A stretch of DNA of 64,000 nt from Alloascoidea hylecoeti (Eukaryota), in assembly GCA_001600815.1 (NCBI GenBank), contig BCKZ01000032.1, positions 62,001-126,000 of the forward strand. Reading direction: 5' to 3'. A program made the translations under genes and the position numbers. Under the pieces are notes generated by a model, which was not told the origin of the DNA, did not search any database, and saw only the letters and a list, made by a program, of their open reading frames with translations. Within the stretch, counting starts at the first letter, position 1; the number at the start of each line of letters is the position of its first letter. Positions 24,321-36,073 of this stretch are shown here, in pieces.

Positions 24321-25230
24321 ATGAAGTTAATCTTTATCATCCACAATTCTAATAACATCAATCAATATCGTTCATTATATAACTATAAATTCCTTATCTT
24401 CACTTTACTTCTAATTTGTTGATGTTGAACTTCGTGATCCTCTTCAAAAGATTAACGATTAATTAAGTCCAAGATCACATCAATTACCATAATCAATGAT
24501 AATTTTCAAATCAAATATGGTGTTTCTGTGGGCCATTGGATTACTGGCTCGGTTAGTCCAGAAGGACAACCAGATAATGGTTTTACATTCGCGCAATTGG
24601 CACTCATTTCGATAACAGTATTGTATATTGAGTTTGTAGGAGAACACCAATTATCTAAGAGCATGAGGCAATCAGGAACCATCGACCCCTAGACAAATTT
24701 TCTCTATTTGGAATCGGTTTTAATTGAAAAAGAAACCACAGAATTTGGAGAAGCAGATCATGCCAGGGGTTCTGGATCTTCGGTCACTGTCTTAATTATA
24801 AGTAATAACAGAATTATTATTGTGCTAATAGGTCCTAAGATTTCAGAAAAGTTCAGAATCGAACTTTGATGTTCTATTGATCCGCATTCCACTGTAAGTC
24901 ACCTCCCTACTATGATCACTACCCGGTAGTATTTCACCCTATTAAGTGCTAAATAAAATTATCACAAATTTCAATACACACATCCTTGCGATTATCCGAG
25001 AAATATTGAGTTATTTTCTGGATGTTTCACTGTCAGTATTCCTCGCAAAGACTTCCAAAATAAAAAATAATGTTGATTCTGATGGAAATAAACTTTGCAT
25101 TTTGAAATTGATTCCTGCTTCAGAACCTGTTTCAACTATCTATATGAGATTTAATTTAAAAAGTGCATAAGTAGTATTCGAGTACAGTATAGTATAACTC
25201 GAGCTTCATTTAAACAATTGATATCAACAC
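24321..25230 (+). pseudogene. Secreted aspartic protease (Sap/yapsin/Bar1-like, pepsin A1 family) pseudogene
   Basis: Frameshifted signal-like start MKL-SLSSTILI, then DNFQIKYG..GHWITGSVS..FTFAQ, MRQSGTI, FLYL, FGEADHAR, IDPHSTVSHLP (cf. LDSGTTLTYLP), CILKLIP and LKSA*VVFE (cf. LRSAYVVYD), collinear with many stops. Confidence 0.75.
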
Positions 25231-25458
25231 TACTATATCAAGTGTTGAAGCAGATGAAAGGCAGATTGTAATTAATTCCTTCATCAGGATGCATCCACAA
25301 GCTGTTGAACATATATAATTATAATATACCCGATTCCAATTGGTTATTTGGTCATTTCATTTTGGTCATTTATTTTTATATTCAGTGAATCAGTGATATA
25401 GTCTCTGCAAAGAGTCTGCATTATTTATAATGATTACTAATTAATGACCATGTTGAAA

Positions 25459-25484
25459 CAGTTAGGCCAAAAAGTCGCACGACC
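25459..25484 (+). repeat. Tc1-like terminal-repeat-like 26-mer, copy 1
   Basis: CAGTTAGGCCAAAAAGTCGCACGACC, 23/26 identical to 50657-50682. Confidence 0.5.
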
Positions 25485-27134
25485 TGCTGTCGGGTGCTCA
25501 AGAGTTTTGTATCTAATAATTAATCAAATTTAAAAAAAAGAAATCAAACAAAACTATTAATTAAGGAAATAACTTTGGATTGATCTAAAGATTGGAAGTT
25601 GGAAATGATAATGTTAATTGGTAACTGAATTGCACATTACAATTATTGTAATATTTTAATTCTGAGTAATTTGGAATCTAATATCTCTCAATTCAGGTCA
25701 GACTGATTTTATTCCGATACTTGCAATTGGGTTGTTTATTCTAAGTAATTATAATGATGTTATTTAGAAGAATATTATGCCAATACATTATATAATTATA
25801 AGAGTATTATCAAAAAGAAAACAATGTATCCGTGGTATACGTATAATCTGTAGCATTTGGAATTTTGGAATACCATATACAGTCCTAGGAAAACTCTTTA
25901 ATCTAAATTTAAAAGGTATTATATAGGTATACGATATGTATTATGTATGAGGTGATTATAAACTCGTATCTACGTATCCCTCATGATCATAGAAATTATG
26001 AATTCTTCATTAATTCTATTTTCTTTGATTTATTTGTACTGGTATAACCCAAATTTGCTAGGTGCTATCTTCTCAAAAATTATTTTGGATTGAGAACTGT
26101 AGCTAATACTGACATAAAAACACATAACTACGTACCAGACTGGCATATGTATAATTGTGAGGAGGATTATGAATTAGTTTTAAACTGCGTTTATTATAGG
26201 TATAATTCTGAAAGAATATATTAATTAATATCTTCATTGCGATATCCGCAAATGACGCCATAAATACTGACAAAAATCGTACCTATACAAAAACAAATGT
26301 ATATAAAAAATAAATAGACCCTATTTTTTGATTTTGAAAATTGATCCATGGCATTGGCTAGATTGAAAGTTGAAACTAAATGAACTTTTTTTTCAAATTT
26401 GAAACAAAATATGAAGTCATTTAAGTACATATAAAATGAATCTCGGATTCTGAGATAATTATGTGATATTAATTATCACAGTTATATACTCATGGTAAGA
26501 TAGTTAAAGATACTGATCTTATATCACCTCAGTTTATAATTAGCTATGTATATCAAGATTTTAGTGCAACGTTATCATTTATCAAATTGATATCATTACG
26601 ATCAATTACTTTTTTTCATCATTAGCTATGTAACTGATTGTATTAATAAAGTCATAAATTAAAAGAATACTAGTAGTTTAAATAATTAAAAAGATTAGTT
26701 TGAATTTAAATAATAACTATCTCTGCATCTAGCTTATATATCATTTTATCATTAATATAATTATTTATAATAATGCTAAACCTATACCGAAGTCAAAAGA
26801 AATTAAAGCGAAAACCAACAGAATTTTGATTTAACAAAATAAAAAAAAAGTAATCATGATTCTTCCAATAAATTTGTGAAGATAAAAAGAAGGCTAAGTA
26901 ATGCAATATATTAGCAATGAGATATATTGATTTTCAACAGCTATAACATAAAATAGAAGATATAGATAAAAAATTCCAAAGAATAGTCCAAAATATGTTT
27001 AATATACCATAGAGTACCTTCCGATCATAATAAATAAAACATCACAGGATTGTTCTCTGTAGAGTCGTTTGTCGATGCTAAGAACCATATCGTTTACCAT
27101 CATGTATATTAATAATCTTCAATAAAAAACATAA

Positions 27135-28862
27135 TTAAGCTGTTGTTGAATATTTATCCCAAACTTCTGAACATATTTTCATAAATTGTTGTTTGTTTTC
27201 AGATTGCATTAAACTATAAACATCTTTACCAGAAACATTATCTTGATGATGTACTATACCTCTTTGAAATTTGTTATTATTATTTAACCTGAAAATTTTA
27301 TATTGATGTTGATTTTTAAATAATTGTAATTGAGATTGAAATGCAACGGCATCATCTTCAATTGCATTTGTTTCGACATCGTCTTCATCGATATCCATAT
27401 CATCATTATCATTGTCCTTTTTTGATGATTCATTATCAGAGTTTGAAGTTGTTCTTAAATTTGATTTTGAACTTGATCCTGAATTTGATCTATTTTCATT
27501 TCTTCTTGTATTAAATGAAAAGAATTCATTTCGGGCTGAGATTGGTTGTGACATCTGAGGAGCAAATCTTATTGATTCATCAGGAAATACATCTGCAACA
27601 TGAGGCGATCGAATTGAGCCTTTTGTTTTTTTGCTGCCGTTATCATTCTTACTGTTTGAAGCTTCATTACCTCTAACATTTTTTGAAACAGTAGTCGGCT
27701 TAGATCCTGGAGTTAACATTCCATACCTATGTCTTTGTCTATTATAACCTAGTTGATGCAAAGATGGTCTAGCACAACGTGTACCTCTAAACCGTTGTTG
27801 AGAATTAGTCATCGTATTAGTTCTAATTCGGGCAGATAATGGACCGCAATTGGGATAATGATAATGCTGGGATGGTCTTGAGGTAAAGGGAATCATCATG
27901 TTTGGTTTTAATGGTGCTGATCGAATGGAAGCCGAAATTTCCGATGGTAGTAAATTTTCCCTTGATGGTAAAGTACTTAATGGCGGTGGTACTCTTCTTT
28001 TTAATCTTTTTGTAGATGATTTGGGTGATATTGAATTTGAATTTAGATTTGGTGTTGATTTTGACGCCGATGTTGGTGAAGTTTTTGAAGCTGATTTTGG
28101 TGTTGATATGATTAATGACTGAATTTCAATTTTTTCTTTATCATTATCAAGATCATTTTTATCAGTTTCATTATTGTTTTGTTTAGTACTATCGACCTGA
28201 TCAATTTTTCGTTTATTATTATTCAATGCAGGTGTATTATCATCTGAGTCAGATTTCGAAGCAGAGGGACTTCTTTTATTTAGATTTACATTTGCTTTCC
28301 CATCACCATTACTATTTTTTTTAGCGATTAATTCTCTTTGTTGAACCTCAATAGATTTACTTAATAGAACCACATTTCTCATTTCTGATAGCATGTTCTT
28401 TGGTAAGCCGGGGCTAATACATTTTACAGCAATATCAAAGTTATTTCTTAATCCAGATGGCGTCATTGCCGATGAGGTTATTACTTGAGATATAACTTGA
28501 GGGCTTTTTAAAGGGTTTGGGGATGCCGATGAAGAAGCAGATCTGGATAAAGATGAAGGTCTTGTTATACTGACACTTAGAGACTTTGGTGGTCGTAATG
28601 CATCTTTCTTATTATAATTATTTGGTGCTGTTGTACTTGACGTTTGAGATTGGGTTTGAGGCCTAGGATTCGAAGTTGTATATGATTTCGGGCTACCTAA
28701 CAGTGAATGAATAGCGTCGGAATCTAATGGTGACACTTTTGGTTCATCAACTGAAGTTGGGTGATGTTCATTGTGGGGCCCATTATTGATATTAGAAGAA
28801 TTAGTGTCCATAGTAGTTTTAATGGCCGGTTCTGATTGTGTTTGCTGTAGAACTTGGTTCAT
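27135..28862 (-). CDS. DIG1: Dig1/Dig2-like MAPK-responsive Ste12 inhibitor
   Basis: KRLKRRVPPPL docking-like motif, IRSAP, AIEDDAV and C-terminal NKQQFMKICSEVWD match Dig1 blocks (KRGRVPAPL, VKSAP, AIEDGAV, DKKMFMSICNKVW). Confidence 0.8.
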   Translation of the reverse strand: MNQVLQQTQSEPAIKTTMDTNSSNINNGPHNEHHPTSVDEPKVSPLDSDAIHSLLGSPKSYTTSNPRPQTQSQTSSTTAPNNYNKKDALRPPKSLSVSITRPSSLSRSASSSASPNPLKSPQVISQVITSSAMTPSGLRNNFDIAVKCISPGLPKNMLSEMRNVVLLSKSIEVQQRELIAKKNSNGDGKANVNLNKRSPSASKSDSDDNTPALNNNKRKIDQVDSTKQNNNETDKNDLDNDKEKIEIQSLIISTPKSASKTSPTSASKSTPNLNSNSISPKSSTKRLKRRVPPPLSTLPSRENLLPSEISASIRSAPLKPNMMIPFTSRPSQHYHYPNCGPLSARIRTNTMTNSQQRFRGTRCARPSLHQLGYNRQRHRYGMLTPGSKPTTVSKNVRGNEASNSKNDNGSKKTKGSIRSPHVADVFPDESIRFAPQMSQPISARNEFFSFNTRRNENRSNSGSSSKSNLRTTSNSDNESSKKDNDNDDMDIDEDDVETNAIEDDAVAFQSQLQLFKNQHQYKIFRLNNNNKFQRGIVHHQDNVSGKDVYSLMQSENKQQFMKICSEVWDKYSTTA

Positions 28863-29949
28863 TGCTATTATTGTATTGTGTGTAAACTTATTTGGTACTT
28901 CACTTTATTTAGTAAAAATGAAAATAACCAATAAATGGAAACAAGAAAGTAAATGAAAAGAAGGTTGGAGAAGTGGAAAATAATATATATATATAAATTT
29001 TACCAAAGACCAATTATTTTGCATTGGTATACATTCAACAGACATATATTTTGAAACGTCTCATGTAAACTTTGTTTAATCAGGATCTGACGCGCATACG
29101 GTTCCAGTGATACAATCCTGCAGCCATTGTTATATAAACCCAAATTTTTAAACGAAGATTAAACAAACTTTTTATTTTTCCTCTGAGACATTCGATCTTT
29201 ATCATAGAATAGATTCATCGGTTTAACCTTGGAAACTGATGTACTTTGCCATTGTATGAATATAAGCGAGTACATTTATATCGATCATATTCCCTGATAT
29301 CTCGAAACAAGAACTATACATCAAAAGGTACCTAATTCCAACATTATGCCTAATATTAATATTAATGCATTACATGATCATGATTGAAAGGTTTGATCTT
29401 CACTTGAATCTTTCGAATTCATGATTGCTTATATTTAACATGTAGATATCTAGATATAACCTATACTTTCTTACAATTGTTTGATTTTATTCTATTAACC
29501 CACCAACATGGCTTTTATTTAGTACGTTATTCAGTTCCTATTAATCCTATATACTGATAATGATCATGAAACGATGAAGATCATCAAATTAAATCTGTCC
29601 GATTGGTGGATGCAATAATTTTAATTGTTGTAACAATCTTACAGGTATAATATTAATAGGAATATTGCCATTATATAGATAATTGGTTCTATTTTTTCAA
29701 AGTTATGACTACAAATATATGTGATCATGAATATATGCCTCTATGATATCGATGATTTACTTATAATTATGAATTAACGTTTAATAAAGATATAAAAAAA
29801 TGTATTACTGATAGGAAATATTTCCATAATTGTTTGACATTGATTGCAATTTACCAATTTACAATCTTTATCTTATCACGCAATCGCTTATAATTAATAC
29901 TAACTAAAATATTCGAAGAATTACACAATTGCAACAAAAAGAGCCTGTC

Positions 29950-30500
29950 TAAGAGATCGATATCTGAACTTACCGGAATAATTCAAAGGCTTAATCTTAC
30001 CAAGTAAGCCATTTTTATTGAATTAATTAACTGATAGATCTATACTATGCATATGATTGTTTGATATGATGATGACTACAATAATTTCACTTTTCTCAAT
30101 TAATTGATTAGTTACGGTGAAGGTAATTTATCATGGAGCTCCTAAAAATTAAATACCATATTTTATTTATCCCAGCGGTTATCAATTAAAAATCTTGCTG
30201 TTATAACTAGATCCTTTATGTATCCACTATATGTTACAGTGGTACAAGAAAAATTATTCTCCCAAGTTTCATGTTAGTGTAAAATCAATTAAAAAAAATT
30301 ATAAATAGTTGCCAATAATAATTTTTAATGCGGTTGGATATATGCTACGATAATCATTATGAATCTAGAGATTTATTTATGGCCGAAGAGGCTTTGAAAG
30401 TTTTGAATGTATTGAATTTGTCAAAGTTGTTTAACATAATTTAACTCTACTTACCTCCAAACATCCCTACTAGTTTATAAAATTAAGCTTATATCCCAGA
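29950..30500 (+). mobile_element. Degraded pogo-like DDE transposase relic
   Basis: VIYHGAPK..P..YPSG..MLQWY, LDICYDNHYES and NII*LYLPPNIPTSL* (cf. LxxDNHxSH, I.L.FLPPNxTSxLQP). Confidence 0.4.
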
Positions 30501-32779
30501 AGATTAGAAGAAGATACCAGCTTATAATAGAAGTTTAAACCCACATAGCAGGTGTGAGCGTGGATAACTTGCCAAAAATAGTAGTAGAAAGTAAAATCCC
30601 GCTATATGGCATAGCTATCGCATATCTCAATGAAATGGTAATTTTATGATTTCTGAATGTTTCAGGAACACTCATTTGGGAGATACCTGATTGTTTTCAA
30701 TATCACTTACGACAGTGCAATATCTCATGATAAAATGTCCGCCTCTCCTCCCCACAGTAATCAGTATGATAATCACAGTGAATGGCTTCTACAGCAAGAT
30801 CTGCTTTCAAACATTAATGATTATCAATCACACTCATACCACTTAACAATTGCGAAATGACAGAGCTAATCTGTTTAACTAAAAGAGAGAGCACTTCATG
30901 ATCAATTTAACTATTCTCAATCATTAATTATTGCCAGATATCTATGTCTCCCCTGCATAATTACATTTAAATAGATGAAGCTTTGGCGTTTAATTAATAT
31001 AAATTTGCTGTAGAGGGTTAGTTTTGTAACAAACGCAAGCACATAACTAAAACATTTTTTTAAAAATTAATAACTTTATTTATTAATATTGCTTATATAA
31101 AAGGTACTCATCTTAGGTGAGACTCAGGAGAATCTGGTCGTTTTTTATAAATTTAAAGCTTATACAAGCATTTGGTGCTGGTGTCGTTCAGCATAGATAT
31201 CATCACATGTAATATTTTCTTTGAATTAATTATTTATGACTGCGGTTAGAATTTAGCACTAGCTATAACGTTAATTATGTTTTAAGTGATGAATCGAGCA
31301 TTATAACTATTAACATTAATATTAATAGTTAAATTGCATATTGAAATATATCGATATCGCGAGGGATGAAACAGTAATTAGATGCTGGATCAATTTTATA
31401 AGGATGTCAAACTAAGCACAATTACAATTACAATTACAAGTGTATAATTAAGACCTTATATGGGGAAGGGGTCGAAGGACTCAAGCCATGTTACATCGAT
31501 ATCTGTATTAGTATCTGTTGCTGTAGTGCTGTAAATTTATGTTGCCATGGCCAGTGGACTTTATTAATTTATGGGTTTGTAATTAGTTTGACATAAAACT
31601 GTGCGTCCATTGTACCTAACATCTATAGATATCTCGGTCAGCACCAATATTATCTCGGCCAATAACAATATTGTTTCACATATAAAATTATGCATATATT
31701 AGGTGGTTAATTATAGCTTGGTAGAATATGGCGATGATGGTGATAATCTGGATACAAATCATGACAAATATCATGACAAATATCAATATTGCAAATGCCA
31801 AAAAATTTCGTCATCATACAAAAAAGTTATGATTAATTACTAATTATATTCTTATGTACTCGCAAGTATGGAATTAATATTTAAACAGCCGCTGTTTGTA
31901 GACTAATACAGTCAAATGCAATGTCTCTTTATATTTATGTCTGATTCACCATTAATTTAAAATTATAATGATCTAAATTAAGATGACATTGAAACACCCG
32001 GTTTTTCGTCAATTGCCACCGGACACGATTTATATATATAGATTTTTATAGCGAGTGCAAATTGCAATATACTCATGCATCTTTGTTGGCACTTGTGTAT
32101 ATATGTTTTAAATATTATATGTGTGACAATGTATATATGGTTACCTAAATAGTGAGTTTCGAGTTCAAACTTGGAAAGATAGCTAGTGTCGTTCATACTT
32201 GAATTCTTTCGGATCCATCAATATTCAACTGAAGACATATCATATGCATTGCGTATATGATTTGCGATTTCTATGTGTGACTATGTATCAGATGAAGTTT
32301 ATAAGTATCTACACTACACGCATCAAGCTAGAAGTGGGCTCAACAATTAATATTACAGGCCATAATTTGATTTGAAAATTCTCGATTGTGGCACTGAGTT
32401 AATTCAAAAGCTTGTGATACCTACATGTATTATAGTCGACACACCGTAAATATACTGAACCTGAAGATTTAATTTGGTATATATATATATATATATATAT
32501 GTATAAGCTTATAATATGATAAAACATTAAATGGCTAAGCTTTTTTTGGATGACATTCCAGATGAAAGCTCTATTTTTAAATATACCATAGAATGACTTT
32601 TAGAAATCCGTTGAAGGAGATTTCAGGTAACAGTAATTCTAACAGTCATCTAGGCCGATTTAAATCAATGAATTTAAACATGGTGTTTCATTTTCCGAAA
32701 TAGCCAGAAGGTTTAATACAAGACCAAGACTGTGCGGCTCACCGTAAAGAAATATTTAAACATAAACAACTCTTCTGGT

Positions 32780-33165
32780 ATAACACCTCCTTGGATGTGA
32801 AAGCCTAAAATACTTACTCAAATGGCGGTAATAGCTAAAATATATAAAGCTCTGTCAAGTCAACAAGCCACCCATCAAAAAGCGTCCTTGTGAAACAATT
32901 TCGGCATGTGATATACTTTTTATGAATGAGAAGAACAAAAGAAACATAGAGATATAGTATGAAGGTAGATCAGAGTGGTCTCAGGACGTTTGGAATGGTG
33001 TTGTATTCGGTGAAAAATGTTCGATCGTTACAGGATCTAGAAAGTATGCTTGACAATAGTCATGCCAGGCCTTTGAATCAAAGAATATTTATAATATAGA
33101 AGCCTGGCTCTTTAAGTCTTATAGTATGGGCTGGAATTTGGAAAAGAGGTATTTCATTGTCTAGA
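32780..33165 (+). mobile_element. Degraded Tc1/mariner transposase relic
   Basis: FMNEKNKRNIEI*YEGRSEWSQDVWNGVVFGEK followed, after a frameshift, by SLSLIVWAGIWKRG (cf. W....W..VIFSDE and SVMVWG). Confidence 0.6.
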
Positions 33166-35199
33166 GTGGTTGGATATCGATATAGCAGAAAACAAGGAGC
33201 CACCGTACGTTCGAACTCTTACATAAAACTTCTGGAGGAGGAGGCATTTTGAAGATATATAACTTATATACTGAGGATTTCATATGAGCCTTCCACATTC
33301 TGTAGAAAGGAAGAAAGATCGATTTTTTGAGCCTGTTTCTGATATAGATCAGTATATTATTGATAAGCTGATTGACTCTATCGATGCCTCGTAGCTTATA
33401 GTACAACTAGGTTTAGGTTTCTAACGTTAAAGTTGTTAGTATATCAATACTCTTAAATACTAAAATTCCCATATTTCCAAAAGATGAACATTTCTGTTGT
33501 ATGAAGGAGTTCTATCAATATTTATTATGATTGAAATTACTACATTGGCAATATCATTATGATAGAGAAAAAAATTTTCTTAGATTTTTTGGAAATCTAC
33601 TATTTATATACCTATAAGCTTATAGTATATAGATATATCTTATTATAGAAATTAGAAATGATAGAATTTAAATTTGAACTTAAATCATACTCAATATTTA
33701 TGACAAAATATGGATAAATTTTATACCTTCAGATACGGCTGAAAAATAAACTATACGAGTTTCTTTTCATATAATATAAGATGTTTCATTAAACATAGGT
33801 AGCTAATCAGGTGGTACTGCTGATATACTTTTATATATCTATTTCTATACTAAAATTCTCAAGATTTATTTAGGATTTTCCATCATTATCTCGGACTCTG
33901 GATTGCTTAGTTCCTCCAATTCGGGGGCGATCTGTATCGAAATCATTTCAACGAAATGGGGAAATCGAATCCAAAAGCTTCTTTTTATACAAGGTTCAGC
34001 CGTTTACATCGTGGATTGGATGGATTCCTATCGATATCATTGAGATCTCTTCGGTTCTTTCGAAAATTAAACACATCCAAATTTAAATATATTTAAAGTA
34101 ATATAAGCATTTTAGGACTGCTAGAGTTGTCAGTGGAGCACTAGATCTAAATCCCAGACTGTTTGCGATAATTCTCTGTCTATGATCGATATCATGAGTA
34201 CTATTGACCAACGTACGTATTATTAACTTAAATAGCAATCATATACAGCTGGGTAAAACCTTATAATTAAGCGACTTGTTTGCTTACGACTCTAAATAAA
34301 AATTAAAACTAGCAACTTCATTGCCAATACTGAGTACTCTACAAAGTCTAGACTGTTCTTAAAATAGTGTATAATGTTCTGTTAACTCTAGAGATTATAT
34401 ATTAGTGAATATCATTTTAGTGTTAATATTTAGTGTCAATCAAATATTTTCTTATTTACCTATTATTGACTATAGCATTGTAAACTTATAAGGTTCAGTA
34501 TACATGTATGGTATTACAATGTCATGCAGTGTTTATGGAGTACTGGAGCGAACTCTTTTCCAAACATTAAACAAAATTAAAAAATTCTCCAAGCTGCTAT
34601 ATAAATTTTAGGATTGCTAAATTTTGCCATAGGTGCTATATTGTATTTCATTCTCTTTTGATATCAAAACTTTAAAAATATAATGTGTCCTAAAGTAGTA
34701 AGTTTAATTTTCGCGATTTTTCTCTGCATTTTAATGATTAGAAACTTTTCATTGCAATTGTGGCTCGGAGGAGAATAATCCTTTCCATTACCATCATAAC
34801 AATAAGTATTAATACAGTACTTATAGGGCCTATATCTTTAGGTCTATAAAAGATTTGTTATACACCTACAACTGTTAATTAGAAACTTGTCATTATAGGG
34901 TGTACATGTTGTACTTATGTTCGTGATACGCACTTAAACCGTCTCACAGAAATTAGTCTACGATCACCAATTTTATTTTAAAATTAAATATTGTAAATAT
35001 AGATTCTCCTAAATATTATAAATTCTCCCCATAATCTTGAATGTGTTGAAAAGTATTCTTATCTCAGTTGTTGAGTTTTTTCCCCTGGGAGACCTTCCTT
35101 TAAATTTGCAATTAGAGTGTAACTGTTGTATGAAACAGAAAACCAAAAGGGATCATTTCTTCAGAAAATCGGACAGAATTGAAAAAAGAGATGTAATAT

Positions 35200-35830
35200 A
35201 TGGAATACTGTGATGACATATTAAATACCTATAAATGTTATGTGGAGTTCTAGATATCGATATAAAGAGAGGATGGGGGATGATTTCCTGAAAGTTTAAG
35301 AAAATTCATCTGCTAATATAGGTGGTCAATTAATTAATTATTATCCTATTATTCAATTTATTTCTTGTGTAGTCAATATTCAGTCTTGATTACTACAGAA
35401 AGCAAATCGCATCCCACTCAATTGTGGTCGTATTGCAAGTGAATCGCCATGAAAACTTTCCAAGTGTTAGTAGTTTTACTAGGGTAGATTTCAGTTTAAT
35501 CAACATTAAGAATCTCGTTAATTGTTTCATAGTGATATTAATTGATCAAACCTTCAAGGGTGTCATACTAAGATTCAAGGTCATCTTCATAGATGCAACC
35601 AGTATTCATTCGATGTGGGAGCTTAAACATTTATTATCTGTAGATACATATCAAGAAAACTTTATACTTAAAATTCTGGTATACAGTCACTTTACGGGAG
35701 GGTCCAAAATACACCAATGGTCCATCCAAAAGTGTTACACTCCAACCACATATGATTTTTCCTTAGTAACTCTAGATCTTCTCTTTGATTTAGTGAGAAT
35801 GATCAATATTCCATCTTGTTTAGAATAATC
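35200..35830 (-). mobile_element. Degraded pogo/Fot1-like DDE transposase relic
   Basis: TIGVFWT..ILSIKFS*YVS, YDTLEGLIN*YHYETINEILNVD*TEIY (cf. I.N.DETG) and LYIDI*NS/HIT. Confidence 0.45.
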
Positions 35831-35976
35831 TTCTAACGTCTCTAAAATAAAACACGTATAATAAATAACCTTACATCATGAGTAGTAAACTAATTAGTTA
35901 GTTAGTTAGTAAACACCGGGTATTTTATTGAGAATCTTTTCATTTCCATATAACTTGAATTGACGAGATCAACGTT

Positions 35977-36015
35977 ATCACGTGATATTGAATTTGAATT
36001 TCAAAGAGGACGCGT
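35977..36015. promoter_or_regulatory. Cbf1-type ATCACGTG and MCB ACGCGT upstream of MRC1
   Basis: ATCACGTGAT at 35977-35986; ACGCGT at 36010-36015. Confidence 0.6.
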
Positions 36016-36073
36016 TATTTTATTCCATTTCCCATTAATTTTAACATTAACGACAATTAATATATAATCGACC

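Noticed and set aside
35150..35172. U3 box A-like GGATCATTTCT
   Set aside because: No box A', intron, or correctly ordered B/C/D boxes.
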